Assembly: GCA_963422735.1 (NCBI GenBank)
Contig: OY730476.1
Coordinates: 1,472,001-1,536,000, forward strand
Length of the DNA: 64,000 bases
Source: Candidatus Latescibacterota bacterium
GTDB taxonomy: Bacteria; Latescibacterota; UBA2968; UBA8231
Direction: 5' to 3'
Shown here piece by piece: positions 39,097 through 49,247 of the stretch. The notes under the pieces were generated by a model. The model was not told where the DNA came from. It saw nothing but the letters and a program-made list of their open reading frames with translations, and ran no database searches. A program made the position numbers and the translations under genes. Every line of letters begins with the position of its first letter. Position 1 is the first letter of the stretch.

Positions 39097-39960
39097 TCAA
39101 TCGGTCTGGATCTTGAACGATTGTGTAGCGATATGCTCGTGATCCGATGTCCGTGCCTGCTTTGCGGCGTACTCGGTCAGCGGCAGATAGTAATGGGTCT
39201 CGGCGTTGGCTTTGATAAAGCCCTCGGCATAAGCGCACCCGGCGGCTGTGCCAAAGGCCCCGTCGCTAGTCTCGATCCGCTTGCGTGCATACGCCCCACC
39301 GTAGCCTTGGCTTTCTAGGCAATCCAGCGCCGCCAGCTTCTTGGCGACCACATCGGTAATATCGATAAAGACATCGTTGTAGTAGCCGCCCTCCGAATCC
39401 CAGACACTGCGCGGGATCGCCGCAGCCCCGGTGCCAAAATAGAAAATTTGGGCGACCCGATGCGGTGGACGGCTATCGCCGGGATCCACCCCATTGGCCA
39501 GCGCGAGCGCGTGGAGGACGATTTGTCCGCAGATGGCATGGGCGTTGGTCAGCCCGTCGCCTTCCTTGGGAAAGTGCGTCAGCACCACATCCGGCCGCAG
39601 TTGGCGCACCAGCCGCGCCAAGCGGCGCACGGCCTCTTCGGTAACTTGCAACACCGCGTCGTCGGCTCCAAAAAAGTGAATTTCCTCGACTCCGAGCAGG
39701 GCACAGGCTCGCCGCACCTCGTCGGCCTTAACGGCGGCGCGCTCGGCCATCAGCGCCGTTAGTTGATCGGCTTGCGGGACTTCTGCCCGGTGGAACATCT
39801 CGTCGCTGATCACCTTGTCGTGGACCCTCGCTCCGTGCGTCAGTACCACGCAGCCGACCCAGTCGCCACGGGCGATGTGGTGAGCCATCGTGCCGCCCGA
39901 CTGGTCGAAGATGTCGGCTGGATGCGCCCCGATGGATAACAACCGCAGAGTATCGTTCAT
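39097..39960 (-). CDS. PIG-L/LmbE family protein, GalB-like (HxAD) subtype
   Basis: IGAHPAD...GGT, RPDVVLTH, FIDITDV..KK..AL, YAEGF. Confidence 0.8.
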   Translation of the reverse strand: MNDTLRLLSIGAHPADIFDQSGGTMAHHIARGDWVGCVVLTHGARVHDKVISDEMFHRAEVPQADQLTALMAERAAVKADEVRRACALLGVEEIHFFGADDAVLQVTEEAVRRLARLVRQLRPDVVLTHFPKEGDGLTNAHAICGQIVLHALALANGVDPGDSRPPHRVAQIFYFGTGAAAIPRSVWDSEGGYYNDVFIDITDVVAKKLAALDCLESQGYGGAYARKRIETSDGAFGTAAGCAYAEGFIKANAETHYYLPLTEYAAKQARTSDHEHIATQSFKIQTD

Positions 39961-40073
39961 GTTCGGTTCCTTTCGAGTTTTGTCCCCACTCACGCCGAGA
40001 CCACGACCGGCACTCGATGAACGTTCCAAGGCTGACGGGCCCAGATTTCCGCAGTACCCCTTGTTGGCAAACT

Positions 40074-40715
40074 TCACTTGAACAGGCTCTTGCGGCCTAT
40101 CCTGCTGCACAAAGGACACTCGGCTGGCTGATGCCCGCGCGCTGGGCAATGCTCGCGGCCAAAGTAGATGATTTGCAGGTGCAGGTCGTTCCAGCGCACC
40201 TCGGGGAAGAGGCGCTTGCAGTCCCGTTCCGTCTGCTCGACGCTCTTGCCGCTGGACAGGCCCCAACGGTAGATCAGCCGATGGATATGGGTGTCCACGG
40301 GAAAGGTCGGTACGCCGAAGTTCTGCGCGAGCACGACTTGCGCGGTCTTGTGCCCCACCCCAGGCAGGCGTTCGAGTGCGGCCAGATCGGACGGAACTTG
40401 GCCCCCGTGTTCGGCGAGCAGGATTTGCGACAGCGCCCAGATGGCCTTGGACTTGCGCGGGGCCAGTCCGCAAGGGCGAATGATCTGCTCGATCTCTTCC
40501 ACCGCCAACTCGACCATGCGTTCGGGCCGGTCGGCGCGTGCAAAGAGCGCGGGCGTTACTTGGTTGACGCGCACATCCGTGCATTGCGCAGAAAGCAACA
40601 CGGCAATGAGATGCGTGTAGGGGTCTCGACGTTTGAGCGGGACTGCGGGATTGGGATAGAGCCGCTGGAGTGCGTCGAGGACGATCTGAACTTTGGTGGT
40701 AGGTGTTAGCAGCAC
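40074..40715 (-). CDS. nth: Endonuclease III
   Basis: LLSAQCTD.RVN, LPGVGHKTA, FPVDTHIHR. Confidence 0.95.
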   Translation of the reverse strand: MLLTPTTKVQIVLDALQRLYPNPAVPLKRRDPYTHLIAVLLSAQCTDVRVNQVTPALFARADRPERMVELAVEEIEQIIRPCGLAPRKSKAIWALSQILLAEHGGQVPSDLAALERLPGVGHKTAQVVLAQNFGVPTFPVDTHIHRLIYRWGLSSGKSVEQTERDCKRLFPEVRWNDLHLQIIYFGREHCPARGHQPAECPLCSRIGRKSLFK

Positions 40716-40759
40716 CCTACTTCCTCCTGTGCGGGTGTTGTGGGAGCGTTCCTTTGCGC

Positions 40760-40781
40760 TAGGGCAACCGGTTGCCCCTAC
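40760..40781. repeat. GTAG-type REP-like palindrome
   Basis: Minus strand GTAGGGGCAACCGGTTGCCC. Confidence 0.5.
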
Positions 40782-40800
40782 AGTAGAAACCCCGCGTCTG

Positions 40801-41934
40801 CTAGGATGTTTTGCTGCCTGCTGCCCATTGCTTTTTCATCTGCTCCATTTCCGCGTTGGGGCGAATTTTCCCACTGGTAATTTGATTCGCCGAATCGTAC
40901 AACCAGCGGCCTTGGTCGTCGCGCAGGACGGGCATGCGCTGAGCGACCGCCGGGGGTTCGGCCACGCGGGTGGGTTCGGCCGCGTACCAGTAGGCGACGC
41001 TGCTCATCTCGTTGCAGAGGTGATTGCCGTGGCCATGTTCGATGGTGGCCTTGATTTCCCGCTGGAAACGGACGGGGTTTTCGAGGTGGTGGACGTACGA
41101 AGTTTGGTAGCCGTTGGTGTTGTCTTCGTGAATGGAGGAACCGTTGCGCAAAAAGGCGTTGTCCTGCATGCCCCACGCCTGATTGAGGTAATCCTCACTG
41201 CCGGTGCCGTGCAACTCGGGGGGCCACTTGTAGCCATCAACCCAGATCATGTCGTCGCCCTCGCCCCACCAAGTGCCTTGGAAGTTGGTGACGCTGATGT
41301 TGCAGCCGATGTAGTGGCCGCGGCCTTGGGTCTCCAAGATGACGTAGTTGTTGTCCCAAGCAGTCTGTTCCTTGTTTATGATGTTGGCCTCCGGCGCGTT
41401 GACGCGAATTTCGTGGCCCCACCCGCCAAAGGGGTTTTCGCGGCGGAACTCCGCGTGGAAATATCCGGCCTCGCTCGGCACATCGCCGGTCTCGTAATCA
41501 ACGTAGAAGTACTGGCGGTGTCGTTTGCTGCTCTCGTTGACCAGCTCGACGACCGCTCGCTTGTGGAAGGGCATTTGCACGTAGGCGTTGAGGGCACAGC
41601 CGGTATTAAAAACATTGTTACTGCGCGTCGAGGCCGAAAAGAGCAAGGACTGGTAGGAGTTGACGATGCCGTGGCCGAGGCCGAAGAAATCGCCCAGAGG
41701 GCAGACCACGCTGGGGCTATCCGCGTCGTCCCAAGTGATTTTGAGCAGGCATTCTCGGTAGTGGTTGGCTTGGGTCAGCCAGAGGTGGGTGATGCGGCCG
41801 GGGCCTTTGATGTCGGCGAGGATTGCGCTCTCACCGGGTTCGATCCACCAAGCGTCGCTGTTGCGGCCGGTTTCATCCCAGGACGAGGCGCGCCCGGTCT
41901 GGGCAGCGCAGATATAGGCGAGTTGATCGAGCAT
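40801..41934 (-). CDS. DUF2961 (GH172-like) glycoside hydrolase
   Basis: GPGRITHLW, PLGDFFG.GHG, WWGEGDD, GTGSEDY, IEHGH.N. Confidence 0.88.
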   Translation of the reverse strand: MLDQLAYICAAQTGRASSWDETGRNSDAWWIEPGESAILADIKGPGRITHLWLTQANHYRECLLKITWDDADSPSVVCPLGDFFGLGHGIVNSYQSLLFSASTRSNNVFNTGCALNAYVQMPFHKRAVVELVNESSKRHRQYFYVDYETGDVPSEAGYFHAEFRRENPFGGWGHEIRVNAPEANIINKEQTAWDNNYVILETQGRGHYIGCNISVTNFQGTWWGEGDDMIWVDGYKWPPELHGTGSEDYLNQAWGMQDNAFLRNGSSIHEDNTNGYQTSYVHHLENPVRFQREIKATIEHGHGNHLCNEMSSVAYWYAAEPTRVAEPPAVAQRMPVLRDDQGRWLYDSANQITSGKIRPNAEMEQMKKQWAAGSKTS

Positions 41935-41947
41935 GAAGTGCTCCCTT

Positions 41948-43162
41948 CTAAATCTTAACTTTGCCCGTCTTTTGCACCTGTTCATACACGCGGGCGAATT
42001 CCTCCGAGCCGTCGTCGTTCCAGACCTCGGTGCGTACGCCGCGCACATTGCCCTCGACAAATCCGGTCAGCCGCTCGACCGCCGGGATGCTCGGGGTGTA
42101 GTACGTGGTGCCGCCGGGCAGGTGCAAGATGCCGACGTGGCGGGGCAGTTTGCTCTTGGGCCGCGCGGCTAGCTCTGCCAATATCTGCTCATCTACCTCC
42201 ACGCCTAGCCCCGGCCCTTCGGGCACTGGCGTGCTGCCCTCGCCGACTTCGAGACGGCCTCCGGTCACATCCTCCGCGTACTGGTCGTCGAGGTTGGTCG
42301 AATGCGAGACATTGGGAATGACCGCGCCCAAGTGCATGGCCATAGCCTTGCAAAGAGTGCCGCCGGTGAGCTGAACCACGGTCGAAAGGCCGGCGGCGGC
42401 TGCAGCTAAGCCCCGGCGGATGGAGTGGCCAATGCCTATTTCTCCGATCATGTAGAGGTCGGCCACATCCCGCTGAATCTCCGGGCCGCCCCCAAGCTGC
42501 GGCACGTGCATCAAGAGCGGCAGGGAGGTCTTTGAACGCAACAGACGCCAGCCCTCGATGTCATAGGGATAGAGCGGATCTTCCAAGAAGCCGACGACCG
42601 GAAATTTTTCCAGTTCATCGACGATGCGCAGCACGGCCGTAGCGGGCCGATTGTGGTTGAAGTCCCAGTGGACCTTAAAGCCGGGCGGGGCGACTTCTTG
42701 GGCGGCGCGCGTCTGTTCGATCACGTCGTGGTGTTCGGCCGAGTGCATCTTGAAGATGGTGTAGCCCTCTTGGGCCGCGCGCTGGATTTCGCGGGCAAAG
42801 TCTTCGGGGGCCGCCGGCCGGGTCCACGCCGCCACTGGTACGCGATCGCGGACCTTCTGGCCCAACAGCTTGTACACCGGCTCTTCTATGGCCTTGCCCA
42901 TGGCGTCGTACAACGCTCCCATCAGGCCGGTGTTGAGTGCTCCAGCAACATAATTGAACGGCGATTGGTCGATCATGCCCGCGATTTGCCCCTCGGCGAG
43001 CGAGACATGGCCGCGCCCGTCGCCGTAGCCGACGACGCCATTGTCGAGGGTTACGCGGAAGACGGTCTGGGTATCGATTGCGGAGAAGCGGACCTCGTGG
43101 CCTTGGTAGCGGTCGCAGAGGCGCGGGTTGAGGTGGAAGTACTCGACGTTGGTGATTTTCAT
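41948..43162 (-). CDS. Mandelate racemase/muconate lactonizing (enolase superfamily) enzyme
   Basis: ALYD..GK...PVYKLLG.KVRDRVP, KMH, DFN, EDP, PEGPGLGVEVD. Confidence 0.88.
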   Translation of the reverse strand: MKITNVEYFHLNPRLCDRYQGHEVRFSAIDTQTVFRVTLDNGVVGYGDGRGHVSLAEGQIAGMIDQSPFNYVAGALNTGLMGALYDAMGKAIEEPVYKLLGQKVRDRVPVAAWTRPAAPEDFAREIQRAAQEGYTIFKMHSAEHHDVIEQTRAAQEVAPPGFKVHWDFNHNRPATAVLRIVDELEKFPVVGFLEDPLYPYDIEGWRLLRSKTSLPLLMHVPQLGGGPEIQRDVADLYMIGEIGIGHSIRRGLAAAAAGLSTVVQLTGGTLCKAMAMHLGAVIPNVSHSTNLDDQYAEDVTGGRLEVGEGSTPVPEGPGLGVEVDEQILAELAARPKSKLPRHVGILHLPGGTTYYTPSIPAVERLTGFVEGNVRGVRTEVWNDDGSEEFARVYEQVQKTGKVKI

Positions 43163-43447
43163 TTAACATCCCCTCGCTAATTTATTAGTACGTAGTACTA
43201 GCAATACAAGTCCAAGAATAATCAACGGCAAGACAATAAACATGCCACACCCAAGCTTTACCCCATCGGCGACACCACTTCTAGCTTGAACTTCCTGAGG
43301 TTGAGTGCTCTCCTTGTCTTCCTGCCGAATCGGTTGGCTTTTTGTTAGATCCATCTGACAAAAGCGGCAAATTATTGCCTCTTTCTTAATTGTCTCCGCA
43401 CAGTAAGGACACCGTTTCGTTTCCTCAGGGGACGATGGGACTGCCAT
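43163..43447 (-). CDS. Zinc-ribbon membrane protein (low GC)
   Basis: CPYCAETIKKEAIICRFC plus a C-terminal TM helix. Confidence 0.7.
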   Translation of the reverse strand: MAVPSSPEETKRCPYCAETIKKEAIICRFCQMDLTKSQPIRQEDKESTQPQEVQARSGVADGVKLGCGMFIVLPLIILGLVLLVLRTNKLARGC

Positions 43448-43741
43448 TTTCTATTTCCTCCGCAAGTTCTAATGGTGAAACTGCTGACCGCTCGCTTTGC
43501 TTTCCGCAGAAACGAATCGTGCAGAAAAGGTCTGCCTCGCCAGCTTCAGCCGATGCAAGCTCGGCGTACCGGATGTGGATTGCGCACAATCTCAAAGGTA
43601 GGCACATCGGACGACATAAACTCAACGCAACCGGCTTTAACGAGGTCGAGAATGCTCAAAACCGCTTCGGCCTTAAGGCGATTGCGAAGCTGCCACTTGT
43701 CGTCTAAGTGGGCGCTGAAGACTGCAAGTATAGACTCTCAT
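43448..43741 (-). pseudogene. PIN-domain toxin remnant
   Basis: MRVY..CSLQRP-LDD..Q.R...AEAVLSIL...ASAEAG.AD.FCT spread over frames. Confidence 0.6.
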
Positions 43742-43750
43742 GCTTGGAGG

Positions 43751-45136
43751 CTACAAGCCATTCAGGACTTTGCCGGGGTTCATCAAGTTATCCGGGTCGA
43801 GTGCTCTCTTAATGCGGCGCATGATCTCAACGCCCGGGCCGCACTCAGCTTCAAGCGCGTCGAGCTTGCCCAAGCCGATGCCGTGTTCGCCAGTGCAAGT
43901 CCCTCCGGCTTGAAGTGCCCACTCGACGATCTGCTCGCCCAGCCGCTGCACTTGCTCCAGTTCCGCAGCGTTGCCTGGCTCAATGAGGCAGACGACGTGG
44001 AAGTTGCCGTCGCCGACGTGGCCGAAGAGCGGCGCGGGAAAGTCGAGGTCGGCGAGCGCGGCCCTCGTTTGGTGGATGCAGCGAGCAAGGGCCGCAATCG
44101 GCACGCAGACATCGGTTACATAGCCCACCGAGCCGGGGCGGAGCGCACGCGAGGCGTAATAAGCATCGTAGCGCGCCTGCCACAAGCGGTCGCGCTCACC
44201 CTCGGCCGTGGCCCAGCGGAAGAGTCCGCCGCCTCGCCGATCCACGTGCGCGCCGGCGGTTTCAGCTTGTTCGACAACCCCCCTTTCCGAGCCGTGAAAT
44301 TCAAAAAAGAGCGTCGGTGCTACCTCGTAATCGAGGCCCGCATATTGGTTGCAGGCTTGCATTTGCACTTCGTCGAGCAATTCGAGCCGCGCGACGGGGA
44401 TCCCCGCGCTCAAGACGTCGATGGCCGCGGCGACAGCCGTGTCGAGGTCGGCAAAGGGGCAGACGGCTGCGGAGATGGCCGCCGGCAGCTTGGCTAGGCG
44501 CAGGGTCACTTCGGTGATGAGGGCCAGCGTCCCTTCGCTGCCGACCAGCAGGGCGGTCAAATCGTAGCCAGCCGAGGATTTGCGCGCCCGCCCGCCCACT
44601 TCGACGACCGTGCTGTCGGCGAAGATGGCCTTGAGGCCCAAGACATTGTCGCGCATGGTGCCATAGCCAACCGCAGCACTGCCAGAGGCGCGGGTGGCGG
44701 CCATGCCGCCCAAAGAGGCGTCGGCTCCAGGATCAACCGGAAAGTGCAGGCCGGTACCTTGTGCCCGGAGGTGTTCGTTGAGCTGCTGGCGGGTGACGCC
44801 AGCTTCGACCGTGGCGTCCATGTCGGCAGCACTGACGCGGAGGATGCGGTTCATGCGCGAAAGATCGACGCACAGGCCGCCGCGCACGGCGACGATGCCG
44901 CCTTCGACAGCCGTGCCGGTGCCAAAGGGCACGATCGGCACTTGGTGCGCAGTGCATATCCGGGCAATCTGGGCTACTTCCTCAACGCTTGCGGGAAAAG
45001 CTACGGCCTGTGGCGGTTGCGGCGCGTGATAGGAGGCGTCGGCGGCGTGTGCGCGGCGCACCTCAGAGGTCGCATTCAAGCGCGAGCCGAGGAGAGCGGC
45101 CAGTGCCGACTGGACTTGGGGGTCTATGGAATTCAT
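43751..45136 (-). CDS. FAD-linked 2-hydroxyacid (D-lactate/glycolate-type) dehydrogenase
   Basis: PVDPGADASLGGM, GSEGTL, GHVGDGNFH, GEHGIG, DP.NLMNPGK. Confidence 0.92.
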   Translation of the reverse strand: MNSIDPQVQSALAALLGSRLNATSEVRRAHAADASYHAPQPPQAVAFPASVEEVAQIARICTAHQVPIVPFGTGTAVEGGIVAVRGGLCVDLSRMNRILRVSAADMDATVEAGVTRQQLNEHLRAQGTGLHFPVDPGADASLGGMAATRASGSAAVGYGTMRDNVLGLKAIFADSTVVEVGGRARKSSAGYDLTALLVGSEGTLALITEVTLRLAKLPAAISAAVCPFADLDTAVAAAIDVLSAGIPVARLELLDEVQMQACNQYAGLDYEVAPTLFFEFHGSERGVVEQAETAGAHVDRRGGGLFRWATAEGERDRLWQARYDAYYASRALRPGSVGYVTDVCVPIAALARCIHQTRAALADLDFPAPLFGHVGDGNFHVVCLIEPGNAAELEQVQRLGEQIVEWALQAGGTCTGEHGIGLGKLDALEAECGPGVEIMRRIKRALDPDNLMNPGKVLNGL

Positions 45137-45275
45137 GGGCGGATAATATGTCCAACGGCCGGAGGGCCGTCAAAAAAGTCGATTATCAATACTCAGGTGA
45201 GTACGGCACACAACTATAGGGCAGAGGAATAGCTATTTACAAACTGTTCGCTATATGCGAACATGATTGACATGA

Positions 45276-45500
45276 ATGCGGAAAAAGCCATGGGTGCCCA
45301 AGGCGATCAGGGATATGCGCCGCCTCGCTACACAGGATCGCGGAGGATCATTGCCAAAGTTGATCAGTATGCCAGAGATCCGGCCTCTTTGGCCAACCAA
45401 GTGATTATAATGACCGGCAGTGAGTATAGGCGTATGGGAGTTGGAGACTATCGCGTTATCTTTGACATGTGAATAGACAAGGGAACATTGTGAAAGTCGT
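45276..45500 (+). pseudogene. RelE-family toxin, frameshifted
   Basis: W.PKAIRDMRRL / RIIAKVDQYA.DP...RMGVGDYRVIF. Confidence 0.7.
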
Positions 45501-45585
45501 TTATGTCGAACGCATCTTGATCGAAGTGCCCTTCACGCTATCGCTTTCTTCTTGTAACTCTTCTCTAACCGGAGCCTAAACAAAC

Positions 45586-45960
45586 ATGTCGCAACCCCTT
45601 CTCAGCGCCGCCGAGAGCCGCCAAAACCGAGTAGGTGAATCGTGGGGCCATCTGACTTGGTTGGCGGGCCGTCCGCAGGGCAATGTCGAGGGCCTCACCT
45701 TGGGCCGCGTCGTCCTCAAAGCCGGCCAAGCCAACCCGCGCCACGCCCACCCCAATTGCGAAGAAGTGCTCTATCTGCTCGCCGGCCGCGTAGAGCACAG
45801 CTTGGGCGACCAGTCTTTCACGCTAGAAGCCGGCGACACCCTTGCCATCCCGGCCGGCGTCTTCCACAACGGAATTAGCCTCGGCCCCGAGGACGCGGAT
45901 ATGATCGTGGCCTACTCGGAAGGAGACCGCCAATTCGTCTTGGAAGAAGACCGCTCGTGA
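45586..45960 (+). CDS. Cupin domain protein
   Basis: HAHPNCEEVLY, GDTL.IPAGVFH. Confidence 0.9.
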   Translation: MSQPLLSAAESRQNRVGESWGHLTWLAGRPQGNVEGLTLGRVVLKAGQANPRHAHPNCEEVLYLLAGRVEHSLGDQSFTLEAGDTLAIPAGVFHNGISLGPEDADMIVAYSEGDRQFVLEEDRS

Positions 45961-46302
45961 CCCGCAACGCTCTATACTTCGCCTTGGGATCTGGTCCCTT
46001 TCGCCCATGTTCCGCGCCTATCGCCGCGGCGGCAAAATTCTCATGCTGGGCGTTGATTACCAAACTCCACCTATATCCATCTGGTCGAAGCACTCTACTG
46101 GCATCACCTGCGTCGGTCCGATCCTCAAGCCGCTTATCCCGTCTTAGACCGCCCGCGTCTGGGAGCCTTTTGGGATGTCAGCGACCCGCTGACACGGGGC
46201 CTCGTCGGCGCGTCCCCGTGCCGGCTTTTTGCCATAGGCACTTATGATGTCGATACCCTGCTAGCCGAGATCGTGGCAAGCCCCGAGAGCTATTGGGTCT
46301 GA
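45960..46302 (+). pseudogene. AAC(3)-family acetyltransferase, C-terminal remnant
   Basis: YRRGGKILMLGVDYQ / STYIHLVE ... GLVGASPCRLF spread over frames. Confidence 0.6.
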
Positions 46303-46437
46303 TTCTAACCGCCGTATAGGCGCGGAGAGTGAGCTCGGCATACGGCTGCTAACTGGTCCGCTGCTCAGGCTCTATTCTACGACCGGGGTACTGACCTTGT
46401 GCTTGGAGATGCCAAAAGTGGTGCGGCGAAAACGGGA

Positions 46438-47154
46438 CTACTCAGGTGTGAAGTCGGCGGGTTCGAGAGCGTACCAGTACACCGCGCCGTTATCGATCAG
46501 TGTCTGGATCTCGTGGACGTTGCGGACGCTGGCAATGGCGGCGTGGGCTGGGTGCCCAGTAAGTTGAGTGAGTAGGATGGCGTTGCGCTGGGCACGGCTC
46601 GTATCGCGTTGGTCAGCAGTGTAAGAAGTCTCGACAGCGATGTAGTGGATAGCGCCATCAGAGTCCGTAGCCTCGATAACCAGATCGGCGCGAAAGAAGC
46701 TGCGCCGATCGTTTTGGGGAATGTTGTCGGTCTCGCGTTGGAAAATCAATTGGCCGAGATCCAGCCTTGTCAAGAGCCCCTTGAACCGGAAGCCCATACC
46801 GTCGGTGATCTCTAGGAAATGCACACCGACCACCTGCCGGGCTACGTTGCCGCGCAGTTCGCCGATAGCATCTCCCTGCCGGGCTACTTTGCCGCGCAGT
46901 TCGCCGATAGCATCTCCCTGCCGGGCTACGTTGTCGCGCAGTTCGCCGATGGAACTCTCCATTCGCTGATTGAACTTCCGCTGCTCACCAATAAAGCCCC
47001 CGACATGAGTTTCGAACTTGGCAAATCGCTCGGGTAGCTGAATCAGCTCGTCGCTCAGGACATGGCGGCGGACAGCTTGGCGGAACTCGTCGTTTTCGTT
47101 CAGCAGGCGGCTCAGATCGTCGGCTGCGTGAATGACGGTCATCGTGGTCTCCAA
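46438..47154 (-). CDS. Coiled-coil protein with PD-(D/E)XK-like C-terminus
   Basis: LSDELIQLP; heptad repeats; ADLVIEA...IAVETS. Confidence 0.65.
   Translation of the reverse strand: METTMTVIHAADDLSRLLNENDEFRQAVRRHVLSDELIQLPERFAKFETHVGGFIGEQRKFNQRMESSIGELRDNVARQGDAIGELRGKVARQGDAIGELRGNVARQVVGVHFLEITDGMGFRFKGLLTRLDLGQLIFQRETDNIPQNDRRSFFRADLVIEATDSDGAIHYIAVETSYTADQRDTSRAQRNAILLTQLTGHPAHAAIASVRNVHEIQTLIDNGAVYWYALEPADFTPE
46833..46950. repeat. 42-bp tandem repeat (~2.8 copies)
   Basis: Encodes IGELRGNVARQGDA units. Confidence 0.9.
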
Positions 47155-47174
47155 GGCGAGGGAACGATAGACGA

Positions 47175-47966
47175 TCAGACCCGCATCCGCAGCATGGGGC
47201 GGCCAAAAGATACTTCGAGGAATTGGCCGGTGTGCGCCGAGCGCGTACCAGGGGACATGAAGTGGATGACAAAGGCGCGGCGCTGGCGATCGGTTTGGTT
47301 CGGCGGGGTGTAGTGCAGGGTTTGGCAGTGGTGGAAAAGCGCACCGCCTGCGGGTAGGTCTATGACTGCGGCTTGGGTTGCATCGACTTGGTCGCCGTAG
47401 TCGAGCAAGGCACTGGTCTGATCTGAGCGCTCGTGCCCGACGGGCATCAGGTGAGATTCGGGCAGCAGGTGCATGGCACCGTTGGTCACATCGACATCGT
47501 CGAGCGTCATCCAGCAGCTAACCAAGTTGGCCGGCATACATTTCCAGTAGGCGTTGTCTTGGTGCCAAAAGACGGGGCCGCCGTGGTGGGCGGGTTTGTA
47601 GAGGGCTTGGTCGTGGAAGAGCTGGATATTGGGGCCGATGAGGTCTTCTGCAATGTCGAGGATGCGGGTGTCGTAGAGCAGTTGCCGGAAATGGATGCTA
47701 CGCTCGCACATCTGCATGATCTGCAACATTTGCTCGTCGGCGCTGTTCTTTTCGTCGAGGTCGTCGGTGTCGCTGATGGACAGGTTGCGGAAGCGCCCGT
47801 TCTGGCGCGCTTCGGCAAAGAGCCGATCGTATTCATCGCGCAGCACGGCGACGAGGTCGTCGTCGAGCAGCTTGCCGATGATGATGAAGCCACGGCGGCG
47901 GAATTGGTCGATCTGCTCTTGGTCGAGTGCTTTGTGGAGCTGGGTAACGGACGGGGCTGTGGTCAT
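47175..47966 (-). CDS. PhyH-family dioxygenase
   Basis: WHQDNAYW, HYTPPN.TDRQRR. Confidence 0.9.
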   Translation of the reverse strand: MTTAPSVTQLHKALDQEQIDQFRRRGFIIIGKLLDDDLVAVLRDEYDRLFAEARQNGRFRNLSISDTDDLDEKNSADEQMLQIMQMCERSIHFRQLLYDTRILDIAEDLIGPNIQLFHDQALYKPAHHGGPVFWHQDNAYWKCMPANLVSCWMTLDDVDVTNGAMHLLPESHLMPVGHERSDQTSALLDYGDQVDATQAAVIDLPAGGALFHHCQTLHYTPPNQTDRQRRAFVIHFMSPGTRSAHTGQFLEVSFGRPMLRMRV

Positions 47967-48236
47967 CTGTATCCTCCTAGTGAGGCGTGCAAATTAACAA
48001 GGGCAGCGACAAATCACAACCGCCTGTGGGTCTTGGGGACGATGTGGATGGAGGATCTAAAGCGCGAGTTAATTGAGGCCATTCACGCCACGGGAACGAT
48101 ACCCATACTCGGCGGTATCGAATATGCGGAAGACATTGTGCAGCAGATAAATATCAACCGCCGCGCCCACCTCGAATGGATTGGCACCCACCGCCATTTG
48201 TGGGCATAGCGGCTGAGGCCGCAAGGAGCTAACGAT

Positions 48237-49247
48237 ATGGACATCCAAGCGATCCAACGCGCCATCGACGCGCAGCCCCGCCACCGCCTGACGCATTTGC
48301 CAACGCCCTTACAGCATTGTCCGCGGCTGTCGGCCGCGCTCGGGGGGCCGCAGGTATGGATCAAGCGCGACGATCTGACCGGCCTCGCCTTGGGCGGCAA
48401 TAAGTCCCGCTACCTCGAATTCACCCTCGCCGAGGCCACGGCCCAAGGGTGCAATGCGGCCGTGCTGAGCGCGGTCGTCCAGTCCAATCACTGCCGCCAA
48501 TTCGCCGCGGCCTGCGCCCAGCTCGGCCTCAAGGGCGTCGTCGTCCTGCGCGAGGACGATTCCATCATGGGACGCAAGTCGCCAGCCCAAGGCAACTACC
48601 TTTTAGACCAGCTATGCGGGGTACGCATTCGCTTTGCTCCGCCCGAAGGCATTGGCGCAACCATAGCCGAGGAAGTGGAGCGACTCAAGCAAGAAGGGTA
48701 CAAGCCTTTCACCGGCCTGTCCGGGCTGTTGTCGCGCGTGGCCTATATCCAATGTGCGTTGGAAATCGAAACCCAACTGTGCATCGCGGGCATCCAAGCC
48801 GACGACGTGGTAGTCGGGTCCGGAGGAACCAGCTTGGCTGGGCTGGTAGCCGGCTTTTCCCTCTTGGGGCGGTCGGCCTGCTTCCTCGGCACTCCCCAGA
48901 GCAAAATGAGCCAGCGCGAAGGGGTATCTGAGCGCATCGCGCAAGCCGCCGCGCAAGCCGCGGCCCACCTCGGTCTCGAATGCGCGCCCAATCCGAGGCG
49001 AATCGCCGTGACCGATGAGTACGTCGGCCCAGGTTTCGGCCATTTGGACCGCGCCACGCTCGACAGCATCCGCCTCCTCGCCCAAAGCGAGGGCATCTTC
49101 GTCGATCCCACCTATTCGGGCAAGGGATTGGCCTGCCTAATCGATCAGGTGCGCCAAGGGCGTTTCCGCGACAGCGAAAACATTGTCTTCGTCCACACCG
49201 GCGGAACGCCGCTTCTATTCGCCTACGGGGAAGCTCTGCTCGACTAG
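48237..49247 (+). CDS. D-cysteine desulfhydrase/ACC deaminase family PLP enzyme
   Basis: IKRDDLTG...GGNK.R, QSNH.R, DPTYSGK, VHTGG. Confidence 0.9.
   Translation: MDIQAIQRAIDAQPRHRLTHLPTPLQHCPRLSAALGGPQVWIKRDDLTGLALGGNKSRYLEFTLAEATAQGCNAAVLSAVVQSNHCRQFAAACAQLGLKGVVVLREDDSIMGRKSPAQGNYLLDQLCGVRIRFAPPEGIGATIAEEVERLKQEGYKPFTGLSGLLSRVAYIQCALEIETQLCIAGIQADDVVVGSGGTSLAGLVAGFSLLGRSACFLGTPQSKMSQREGVSERIAQAAAQAAAHLGLECAPNPRRIAVTDEYVGPGFGHLDRATLDSIRLLAQSEGIFVDPTYSGKGLACLIDQVRQGRFRDSENIVFVHTGGTPLLFAYGEALLD

Noticed and set aside
40074-40160. Endonuclease III with only three C-terminal Cys
   Set aside because: Resembles a widespread Nth variant tail (CPARGH..CPLC) as I recall it; not evidently novel.
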